The position numbers were made by a program, and so were the translations under genes. Positions 23,257-33,440 of a stretch of DNA of 64,000 nucleotides are shown here, piece by piece. The DNA lies in the NCBI GenBank assembly GCA_034366585.1, contig JAXMMJ010000027.1, positions 19,091-83,090 on the forward strand, read 5' to 3'. Source of the DNA: Hylemonella sp. (GTDB lineage Bacteria > Pseudomonadota > Gammaproteobacteria > Burkholderiales > Burkholderiaceae_C). The notes beneath the pieces were generated by a model that saw only the letters and a program-made list of their open reading frames with translations, searched no databases and had not been told where the DNA came from. Position 1 is the first letter of the stretch. Each line of letters opens with the position of its first letter.

Positions 23257-23883
23257 ATGAGAAAAATCTCCAGCAACGACGAGCTGATGACGACACGCGA
23301 AGCCGGCGAGGTGCTGGGTGTGGCCGTGCGCACCGTGCAGTTGTGGGTGGAGTCCGGTGTGCTGCCTGCGTGGCGAACTGCCGGCGGGCATCGGCGCATC
23401 GCACGCAGTGCCGTGGACCGGCTCCTGGCTGAACGCGCGCAGGTGATCGCGCAGCCGCCGTCGCTGAAGAACGACGGCAACCGTGATGCCGGCCGGGCGC
23501 TCAGGCTGCTGCTGGTGGAGGATGATCCCGATCTCCTGCGCCTGTTTTCCCTGATGGTCCAGGGCTGGGATTTCCCGGTCGAGCTGACGACGGCGGTTAA
23601 CGGTTTCGAAGGGCTGGTGCGCATCGGCCAGATTCGCCCCGACATGGTGGTGACCGACCTCAACATGCCGGGCATGGATGGTTTCCAGATGGTGCGCTCG
23701 CTCAAGAAGCCGGGCTCCGGTTTTGACGATCTGAACGTCATCGTGGTGACGGCCCTGAGCAAGGGCGATATCAAGGATCGCGGCGGCCTGCCCGAGGGCG
23801 TGACCGTGTTTCAGAAACCCGTGCCCTTCCAGGAGATCCAGGCGATGGCCCGGGACTTCCGCAAGCAGGCCGCACCGGCCTGA
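23257..23883 (+). CDS. Response regulator with N-terminal excisionase/MerR-type HTH and C-terminal receiver domain
   Basis: LMTTREAGEVLGVAVRTVQLWVESGVLPAWRTAGGHRRI (HTH_17-like), then LLLVEDD...MVVTDLNMPGMDG...VVTAL...KP receiver. Confidence 0.8.
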   Translation: MRKISSNDELMTTREAGEVLGVAVRTVQLWVESGVLPAWRTAGGHRRIARSAVDRLLAERAQVIAQPPSLKNDGNRDAGRALRLLLVEDDPDLLRLFSLMVQGWDFPVELTTAVNGFEGLVRIGQIRPDMVVTDLNMPGMDGFQMVRSLKKPGSGFDDLNVIVVTALSKGDIKDRGGLPEGVTVFQKPVPFQEIQAMARDFRKQAAPA

Positions 23884-23961
23884 GTCCGGCGTCCGCAGTC
23901 CCGTCTTCCGGCCGCGTGCCGCGCCACGGCTGCATGCAAGGGCCGCAGAGCAGTCGCCCCT

Positions 23962-26529
23962 TCAACTGACGGTCGTGCCCGACGTCATCGGGATGTACAG
24001 GCGCGCCTGGGTGCCGCGGCCGGCTTCACTTTCGAGTTCAACGTGGCCGTGGTGCAGTTCGGCCACCTCCCTGACCAGACTCAGCCCCAGGCCGGTGCCC
24101 GGGATGTTGCCCGTGGTGTCGGCACGGTAGAAGCGTTCGAAGGCGCGCGCCAGCTGCTCGGGCGTCATGCCGATGCCCCGGTCACTCACTTCCAGCACGG
24201 CGTACTCCCTATCGTTCTGCACCGTGACCCGCGCCGACAGGGTCACGTCGCCGCCCTGGGGGGAGTATTTGAAGGCGTTGCTCAGCAGATTGCTGAGGGC
24301 CAGCTGCATCTTCTCCGGGTCGATCAAGACCGGTACGTCAGGAATGTGGTGCACGCTGACCTGGCGCTCGTTGTCCTTGCGCATCAGGCCCTTGACGCTG
24401 TTGAGCACGAGTTCGCCCAGCGGATGCTGGCCGATGTGCAGATCCAGCCCGCGGCGCGATTCGATGCGCGCCAGATCCAGCAGCTCGTTGATCATCTTGA
24501 CCAGCAGGCCCGACTGGCGATGGATGGTCGCCAGCATGTCGGCGCGTCGTTCGTCGGTGAACTGGCGCTTGAGCAGCAGCTCGGTAAAACCGAAGATGCT
24601 GACCATGGGCGTGCGCAGCTCGTGCGCCGCCGAGGCCAGGAACTCGCTCTTCATGCGGTCGACCTCGTCCTCGTGGGTGACGTCGCGGAAATAGAGGATG
24701 GTCTCCCCGCGACCCGAGAGGTTGCGGCGTGACTGCGCCTGCATCACCCGGTGTTGCGGCCGCGACAGGATCAGGCGGGCTTCCCATGGGGCCGCGTCGT
24801 CATGTAGCAGCCCCTGGGCCGGCAGGCTGTGGTCCGGGTGGCACAGCGAGGCCAGATCGGATTGAAACTCCTCCAGCGTCACGGGAAGTCCCGGCTGTTC
24901 CCAGCTCCGCCCGGTCATGCGCTCGAACGCCGGGTTGGCGAAGATCATGTGACCGTCCTCGTTGAAGAGGACAAAGCCGTCCGGGCTCAGGCTGAAGATG
25001 GCGTCGAGCTGGCCGCTGCGTTCGGCGATGGCCTGCTCCGCATGCACGCGGGCCGTGACATCGGAGACGATGCCGACAAAGTTGCTCAGCGTCCCGTCGA
25101 CCGTTCGCACCGGCGAGAGCGAGACTTCCGCGATGATCTGGCGCCCGCTGTCCATCGTATGCTGCAGGGTCACGCTGGTGCTGTCTGCTTGCGCGATGGC
25201 GCGCTTGAGTTCCCCGGCGCTTGCCGTATCGTCGGTCCCCTGCAGGAGTACATCGATGCTGCGCCCAAGCACCTGATGGGGTGGCAGGGCGGTGATTTTC
25301 TGGAAGGCTTCGTTGATGAAGATGATGGGCTGGCTCTGCATCGCGGCGTTGGTGATGAACACACCGTTGTGACTGCTGGCCAGGGCCCGCTCGTACAGCT
25401 CCGAGGTTTCCTGCGCGGCGCGTTCGTCGGTCACATCCCGCGCGATGCACACGAAGCGCAGGACACCACCGGCCGGCGCCTGCCCCAGCGTGATCTCGAT
25501 CGGGAACGGGGTGCCGTCCCGGCGGGTCCCGTGGAAGTCGGTGCGGACGATGCGGTAGACCCGGCCCGGTGTTTCGCTGAAATCCCCAAACAGCTTGCGC
25601 AGGGATGTCGCGTCCAGGCCCGGAATGCATTGCTCCAGCGGCTGGCCCAGCAGTTCGCTTTCCTCGCGTCCGAAGAGGCTGGTGGTGGCAGGATTGACAG
25701 AGATCACCCGGCCCTCCAGGTCCAGGCTGATGATGCCCACGGCCGCCGTGTTCACGATGACCTGGGTGCGTGCCATCTGCTCGGCGACGTCGTGGCTGGC
25801 CTGGTTCAGTGCCGCGGCCAGGGCGCTGGCCTCCGTGCTGCTGGCGTTGATGGCGATAGGGCTGCCGAGCTGCGTCGAAAGGTTGCGTGCAATCTCGGAC
25901 AACCCGCGTATGGGGCTCAGTGCCCAGTCCAGGATGAAAGGCAGCACCAGCATGATCACCGCGATGGTCACCAGCAGGGTGTTCACCGAGCGGCGCCAGA
26001 GCTGCTCCAGCCGCAGGCTGCGCTGCTCCATGCTGTAGTCGACCCGCACCCAGCCGGGCTTGCCCTCGCTGCCGGCGTTCAAGGGCGACCAGGTCTCGAA
26101 GAACTGCGCGGTGATGCGGCCATCCACCGCCGAGACGCCGGCGGGCAGTTCCGGAAGCGGCACCTGCTCGCCGATGCCCGAACTCGTCGCCGAGCGCGCC
26201 TTGCGTGTTTCAGCCAGTAGGGCGCCGCCGGGCCGGTAGACCGCGATGGCGTCGACTCCGGGCAGTTGCACGACCTGCGCCAGGTTGAACCGGATGGTCT
26301 CCACGTCATTGAAGACATAGGCCGCCGTGTTGTTGCTGGCCACCAGGGAGGCCACCGATTCCGCGGTTTCCCGGGCGTTGGCCATCGTCTCGCGGCTGAT
26401 ACGTTCGTAGGAGATGGCCCCGTTGAGAACGACCACGCACACGGCCAGCGCGGACAACGCCAGCAGCAGCACCGTCTTGATGCTGTAGGGGGGGCGCAGC
26501 CACCGGTGCAGGCGACGGGCGACGGACAT
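23962..26529 (-). CDS. Membrane sensor histidine kinase: periplasmic sensor domain, linker, about three PAS domains, HisKA, HATPase_c
   Basis: Two TM helices (VLLLALSALAVCVVVL and LLVTIAVIMLVLPFIL) flank an approximately 150-aa loop. H-box SEFLASAAHELRTPM, N-box NLLSNAFKYS, DRGIGM, GTGLGLSL. Confidence 0.85.
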   Translation of the reverse strand: MSVARRLHRWLRPPYSIKTVLLLALSALAVCVVVLNGAISYERISRETMANARETAESVASLVASNNTAAYVFNDVETIRFNLAQVVQLPGVDAIAVYRPGGALLAETRKARSATSSGIGEQVPLPELPAGVSAVDGRITAQFFETWSPLNAGSEGKPGWVRVDYSMEQRSLRLEQLWRRSVNTLLVTIAVIMLVLPFILDWALSPIRGLSEIARNLSTQLGSPIAINASSTEASALAAALNQASHDVAEQMARTQVIVNTAAVGIISLDLEGRVISVNPATTSLFGREESELLGQPLEQCIPGLDATSLRKLFGDFSETPGRVYRIVRTDFHGTRRDGTPFPIEITLGQAPAGGVLRFVCIARDVTDERAAQETSELYERALASSHNGVFITNAAMQSQPIIFINEAFQKITALPPHQVLGRSIDVLLQGTDDTASAGELKRAIAQADSTSVTLQHTMDSGRQIIAEVSLSPVRTVDGTLSNFVGIVSDVTARVHAEQAIAERSGQLDAIFSLSPDGFVLFNEDGHMIFANPAFERMTGRSWEQPGLPVTLEEFQSDLASLCHPDHSLPAQGLLHDDAAPWEARLILSRPQHRVMQAQSRRNLSGRGETILYFRDVTHEDEVDRMKSEFLASAAHELRTPMVSIFGFTELLLKRQFTDERRADMLATIHRQSGLLVKMINELLDLARIESRRGLDLHIGQHPLGELVLNSVKGLMRKDNERQVSVHHIPDVPVLIDPEKMQLALSNLLSNAFKYSPQGGDVTLSARVTVQNDREYAVLEVSDRGIGMTPEQLARAFERFYRADTTGNIPGTGLGLSLVREVAELHHGHVELESEAGRGTQARLYIPMTSGTTVS

Positions 26530-26585
26530 GAAACAGGCTGCTTGGGCATGCCGCGCGGCAGGACGCGGCTACACGGAAGGTGTGA

Positions 26586-26960
26586 TCAGCGTGCCACGAG
26601 GCGGTCGACGGTGTCGAGCAGCTCGATCGGACTGAAGGGCTTGACCAGGTAGGCGTCGCAGCCGGCGGCCTGGCCTCGCTCGATGTCCGTACGCTGCCCG
26701 CGAGCGGTCAGCAGGATCACCTTGGTGGCGTGCTTGAGCACTTCATCGGACTTGATCTTTTCGCAGACCTGGTAGCCATCGAGCCCGCCGGGCATCATCA
26801 CGTCCAGCAGGACCACGGCCGGGCGCAGGTTCTGGGCCAGTCGCAAGGCGTCCACACCGTTGTCTGCTTCGTGCAGCTGGAAGTCCTCCGATTCCATGGT
26901 CATGAGGATGAGTTTGCGGATGTCCGGCTGGTCATCCACGATCAGGGCGTTGCGCTTCAT
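26586..26960 (-). CDS. Single-domain CheY-like response regulator
   Basis: ALIVDDQ...VLLDVMMPGGLDG...LLTARG...KPF. ATGA overlap with the upstream gene. Confidence 0.9.
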   Translation of the reverse strand: MKRNALIVDDQPDIRKLILMTMESEDFQLHEADNGVDALRLAQNLRPAVVLLDVMMPGGLDGYQVCEKIKSDEVLKHATKVILLTARGQRTDIERGQAAGCDAYLVKPFSPIELLDTVDRLVAR

Positions 26961-28063
26961 GCTTTCTCCTTCTTGCGACGCGACATCAATTCGGCCAGAT
27001 CCTTGGCATATCGCTGGGCCTGGGTGATGTCGAGGTTGGACTGGCCGCGCATGGGCGCGCCGGTCGGAAATTCCATCAGGACCTGTACCGTGTCATCGTC
27101 TACGCTGCCCAAGCGCAACTGCCCGCCGTGCAGGCTGACGATACGCTGAAGCAGCGGCAGCCCGAGCCGGGGGACGGCTTCAGCGCTGCCGGGGGCCACG
27201 AAGGGCCGCAGCTCATCCTGGCCGCCAACCTTGAGCTGGCTGACCCCGCGGTTGCGCACGCTCACCAGGACATGTTCGCCCGACAGCGTGAACCTGATTT
27301 CCACGGCCAGCTGCTGCCCGGTGCTGATTTCCTTGCGCGAGTGGATCAGGGCGTTTTCCAGGCACTCGTGGAAAGCGCGTGTCAGCAGCTTGCGGTTCCC
27401 GTAAATGGGCGGCAGGGTCTGCTTGGGTTCGATGATCTCGAGCCGTACCCCCATCTTGCCAGCGCGGTCGCTCAGTTCCTTGCAGAGTTCGCGCATCAGC
27501 CCCACCGGTTCGATGCGGTCGTTGAGATCGAGGACCTCGTTGCCGAAGACCTCGATCAGGTCGGCCAGACGCATAAGACGCTGTCCCATCGCCTGGACCG
27601 CCAGTTCGACACCGGTGGTGCCGCTGCCCGATGGCAGGGTCAGCAGCTGGCGCTGCAGCAGGTTCATGGGGGGCGTCAGTTCATCACGCAGCAGTTCCAT
27701 GATGTGCTGCAGCTTCATGTGGCCGGGGGCGGGACCGATGCTCGTCGCGCCAATGGTGTCGGACATGCCCACGAAGGCGATGTCCAGACCCGCGGGCCCC
27801 GACATGAAACTGCCCTCGATCCTGTGCCCATCGGCCAGCTCGATCTTGGCGGTGTAGGGCAGCTTGACCTTGCCCAGGGTGGCAGCAGCGACCAGGGATT
27901 TGATGACGGGGTTGCCGCTCATGGTGTCCACCGGCCGCCCCGGATGCTGTTTCGCCGCCGGGTTGGCGTAGGTCACCAGTCCGCTGACCGCGAAGGTCAG
28001 CAGGGGTGCCGGCATGGCATCGAAGAGGGCGTAGACCGAGGGTTGGTGGAAGTTGACGGCCAT
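26957..28063 (-). CDS. Histidine-kinase-like protein lacking the phospho-accepting His (pseudokinase), N-terminal PAS-like domain
   Basis: Reads LLRDELTPPMNLL where a HisKA H-box (SHELRTPL) is expected, so His is replaced by Asp. N-box-like ECLENALIHS. The G1 position reads RNRGVS instead of DxGxG. G2-like RLGLPLLQRIVSLHGG is retained. Confidence 0.7.
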   Translation of the reverse strand: MAVNFHQPSVYALFDAMPAPLLTFAVSGLVTYANPAAKQHPGRPVDTMSGNPVIKSLVAAATLGKVKLPYTAKIELADGHRIEGSFMSGPAGLDIAFVGMSDTIGATSIGPAPGHMKLQHIMELLRDELTPPMNLLQRQLLTLPSGSGTTGVELAVQAMGQRLMRLADLIEVFGNEVLDLNDRIEPVGLMRELCKELSDRAGKMGVRLEIIEPKQTLPPIYGNRKLLTRAFHECLENALIHSRKEISTGQQLAVEIRFTLSGEHVLVSVRNRGVSQLKVGGQDELRPFVAPGSAEAVPRLGLPLLQRIVSLHGGQLRLGSVDDDTVQVLMEFPTGAPMRGQSNLDITQAQRYAKDLAELMSRRKKEKA

Positions 28064-28176
28064 GGTAGTGAGGGAAGTGACTCCTGCTGATGTTTTATCA
28101 AATATATCAAATTTATTGTATTAAGCAAAATAGAAAATAAAACAAGAGTGGAATGAGGGGGGATAGGGCCCCAGGC

Positions 28177-28204
28177 AAAAAAAAAGCCCCGACTAAGCGG
28201 GGCT
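28177..28204 (-). terminator. Rho-independent terminator of pobA
   Basis: Minus-strand transcript reads AGCCCCG-cuuagu-CGGGGCU followed by nine U residues. Confidence 0.85.
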
Positions 28205-28221
28205 GCAGGGGGTAGCAGGGG

Positions 28222-30411
<2,190 letters not shown>

Positions 30412-30435
30412 TCAAATCACACACAAGGAGTCCCC

Positions 30436-30660
30436 ATGAAACGTCTGTCCCTCGTCATCGCCCTGGCCTTTGTCTTGCCCAGTGCCTGGGCCCAGCTCAA
30501 GCCCTGCGACGAACTGAAGGCTGAAATTGCGGCCAAGATGGACGCCAACGGCGTCAAGAACTACACGCTGGAGATCGTGGCCACCGATCAGGTCGGCGAC
30601 CGCAAGGTGGTGGGCAGCTGCGAGGGTGGCAGCAAGAAGATCGTCTACGTGCGCAACTGA
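30436..30660 (+). CDS. Secreted DUF1161-family small protein
   Basis: AAGGAG RBS. Signal peptide MKRLSLVIALAFVLPSAWA. CDELKAEIAAK...GSCEGG motif. Confidence 0.7.
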   Translation: MKRLSLVIALAFVLPSAWAQLKPCDELKAEIAAKMDANGVKNYTLEIVATDQVGDRKVVGSCEGGSKKIVYVRN

Positions 30661-30681
30661 GCTGCCGTCGCTTCGACAACC

Positions 30682-30714
30682 GATCGCCGCCAGGCTCTGG
30701 CGGCGATTTTTTTT
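30682..30714 (+). terminator. Rho-independent terminator
   Basis: ATCGCCGCCA-ggctc-TGGCGGCGAT followed by TTTTTTTT. Confidence 0.85.
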
Positions 30715-30783
30715 GCCGGACGGATTTGCTGTGCTTACAAATCCACACCAAGTCGACACCGGCGCTGCGCATGGCACTGCAGA

Positions 30784-31359
30784 ATGGCGCGGACCATGTT
30801 TTCCCTCTTTCGCAAGCACAGGGGCGCCAGCCCGGAGACCATCAGCCACCATGCCATGCTGCCGCATCGCATGGATCTGGAGGAGCGCAAGGCTTTCCGC
30901 CGTGAACTGCTGGACCGGGTGATACGGGAGAGCCTGCTGGCGCTGGAGGTGACGGCTGGCATGTACCGCCTGCGCACCATGCCGCTGGATGCGCGCCATC
31001 ACCGCTTCGTCGCCATGATCGATGTGGGCCGGCATTTCCAGCCTCGACGTGCCGGGCGCGCCTGGGATGATCCCGAGACCGAACGCTGGATCCGCAAGTG
31101 TGCCTACGAACGCTTCGGCCTGCAGCTTGAGGCCATCTACTGGCGTACCGGTGACGCACTGGCACCCTCCCGGTCGACCGCTGTGGCCGCTGCCGCGCCG
31201 AAGCATCGGTATTACCAGCTGGTGTCGGAAGAGGAAAAACAGGCCCTGATGGAGGCCATCCGGCAGGGCAGCGAATTGCCCGTGCTGCATGTCGGCGACT
31301 GGGAGTATCAGACCGATATGGCGCCGCTCGACGGCCCCGGGGCGCAGCGCGAGCCCTGA
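30784..31359 (+). CDS. Hypothetical protein (191 aa)
   Basis: Long ORF with typical codon bias and no recognised motif. Start is uncertain (alternative Met at codon 5). Confidence 0.5.
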   Translation: MARTMFSLFRKHRGASPETISHHAMLPHRMDLEERKAFRRELLDRVIRESLLALEVTAGMYRLRTMPLDARHHRFVAMIDVGRHFQPRRAGRAWDDPETERWIRKCAYERFGLQLEAIYWRTGDALAPSRSTAVAAAAPKHRYYQLVSEEEKQALMEAIRQGSELPVLHVGDWEYQTDMAPLDGPGAQREP

Positions 31360-31383
31360 GATGAGGCCGAGGTGCGGCCGGCC

Positions 31384-33378
31384 TCAGTCCTTCGCCATCG
31401 CCGGACGCGTGCGGTAGAACTTCAGGGGCACGACCTCGGCCTCGCGTGCAGCCTGGTTCAATACCGATTTTTTCATCTTGCCCACCACGTGCATCTCGCA
31501 GGGTTTGCAGTCGAAGCGCAGCGTGAGCTTTTCCTTGCCGTTGATCAGGGTCAGCGGTTCGGCGCGTACCGTACCCTGCACGCCGGTGACGCCCTTGGCC
31601 TGCTTGGGGCACAGGCTGAGCGAGAAGCGCACGCAGTGCTTGGTGATCATCAGGCTGACTTCACCTTCTTCTTCATGGCTTTCGTAGGCGGCGGCAATGA
31701 CCTTCACGCCGTGTTTCGCATAGAAGTCGCGGGCTTTCTCGTTGAATACATTGGCCAGGTAGCTGAGCGTGTCTTCCGGGTAGGGCGCGGGCGGCTCCAC
31801 CGGCCGGGCACGCGGCGGGCGCAGGTAGGCGGCGGCGCGGGCGGCCTCCAGCGCGACCACCGCGTCGCGGCGCAGGGCGTTGAGCGTGGAGGCGGGGATG
31901 AACCAGGCCTGCGTCAGGTCCAGGGTGATGGCGATCGGTTCGAAGATCGTGGCGCCAAAGCGCCCCAGCTGTTCGCGCAGCGTGGCCTCGGCCTGCGCGG
32001 GATTTTTGGCCGGCTCCCTGGCCGCAGCGACGCTGGCGTGGCCCGCATGGCCGTCCTCGTCCATCAGCTCCAGGGCAAAGCCCGTCGCGGTTTCCTGCAG
32101 CTTGGCCCAGACACCGATGCGCCGCTCGCTGGACTTCTTTTCCATCAGCCGCACCCAGTTCATGTCGCGGTTGCGGTTCAGCTCGGTGCCCTTGCGCAGG
32201 TCCTTGAAGCCGGCCATCGGGTCCTTGGGGTAGACGCGCCACTGGTCGACCGCCAGCGGGCCGGCCGGCTCGGCGCGGTTGATGGCCAGGCCCACCAGTT
32301 CCTTCTGCAGGTCGTAGTAGCACAGGCCGTCACCGTTGTGCAGCACGGTGCCGGGTTCGCTCACCGTGAGCTCGACGAAATCGGGGCCGACCTTGCTGAC
32401 GTAGCCCAGGTGGCGGCCCGGGTTCTTGGGCGTGTCGAAGGCGCCGATGTCCTCCTTGCGACCCTGCACGAAGTAGTCGGTGAACTCGCGGTTGAAGTTC
32501 TGGTCCGGGTCGGGCGTGAAGCTGAAGGTGGTGCGGCCGCTGGAGGCGCGGGCCAGCTCGGGGCGCTGTTCCAGCAGCTCGTCGAAGAGCTTGCGGTAGT
32601 GGGCGGTGATGTTCTTGACGTAGGCCAGGTCCTTGTAGCGGCCTTCGATCTTGAAGCTGCGGATGCCGGCGTCCACCAGGGCGGCCAGGTTGGCGCTCTG
32701 GTTGTTGTCCTTCATCGACAGCACGTGCTTGTCGTGGGCGACAAAACGGCCCTGGCTGTCCTGCACCTGGTAGGGCAGGCGACAGGCCTGCGAGCAGTCG
32801 CCGCGGTTGGCGCTGCGCCCCGTATGGGCGTGGCTGATGTAGCACTGGCCGCTGTAGGCCACGCACAGCGCGCCGTGCACGAAAAACTCCAGCGTGCAGC
32901 GCGCCGGGTCGATCTGGGCTCGGATGGCCTGGATCTGCTGCAGTGTCAGTTCGCGCGCCAGCACGATCTGGCTCAGGCCGGCGTCCTGCAGGAAACGGGC
33001 TTTCTCAGGGGTGCGGATGTCGGTCTGGGTGCTGGCGTGCAGCTGGATGGGCGGCAGGTCGATCTCCAGCAGGCCCATGTCCTGGATGATCAGGGCGTCG
33101 ACGCCCGCATCAAAAAACTGCCAGGCCAGCTTGCGCGCCAGCTCCAGTTCGTCGTCGCGCAGGATGGTGTTGAGCGTGACGAAGATGCGGCTGTTGTAGC
33201 GGTGCGCGTGCTGCACCAGGCGGGCAATGTCCTGCACGGAGTTGTCGGCCGAACTGCGCGCACCGAATGAGGGACCGCCGATGTAGATGGCGTCGGCGCC
33301 ATGGTTGATGGCCACGATGCCGATGTCGGCGGTGCGGGCAGGGGACAGGAGTTCGAGCTGGTGTTCGGGCAGGGACAT
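31384..33378 (-). CDS. U32-family peptidase-like protein (long form with C-terminal extension)
   Basis: ELLSPA...GADAIYIGG...U32 signature region EFFVHGALCVAYSGQCYISHAHTGRSANRGDCSQACRLPY. Confidence 0.85.
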   Translation of the reverse strand: MSLPEHQLELLSPARTADIGIVAINHGADAIYIGGPSFGARSSADNSVQDIARLVQHAHRYNSRIFVTLNTILRDDELELARKLAWQFFDAGVDALIIQDMGLLEIDLPPIQLHASTQTDIRTPEKARFLQDAGLSQIVLARELTLQQIQAIRAQIDPARCTLEFFVHGALCVAYSGQCYISHAHTGRSANRGDCSQACRLPYQVQDSQGRFVAHDKHVLSMKDNNQSANLAALVDAGIRSFKIEGRYKDLAYVKNITAHYRKLFDELLEQRPELARASSGRTTFSFTPDPDQNFNREFTDYFVQGRKEDIGAFDTPKNPGRHLGYVSKVGPDFVELTVSEPGTVLHNGDGLCYYDLQKELVGLAINRAEPAGPLAVDQWRVYPKDPMAGFKDLRKGTELNRNRDMNWVRLMEKKSSERRIGVWAKLQETATGFALELMDEDGHAGHASVAAAREPAKNPAQAEATLREQLGRFGATIFEPIAITLDLTQAWFIPASTLNALRRDAVVALEAARAAAYLRPPRARPVEPPAPYPEDTLSYLANVFNEKARDFYAKHGVKVIAAAYESHEEEGEVSLMITKHCVRFSLSLCPKQAKGVTGVQGTVRAEPLTLINGKEKLTLRFDCKPCEMHVVGKMKKSVLNQAAREAEVVPLKFYRTRPAMAKD

Positions 33379-33440
33379 GCCCCCGATTATCCCAGCCCGA
33401 GCCCGTTTTTAGAAGGCAGGGGGACGTGCCCCCTGCGGGT

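Noticed and set aside
31372-33270. 632-aa plus-strand ORF opposite the U32 peptidase gene
   Set aside because: Shadow ORF.
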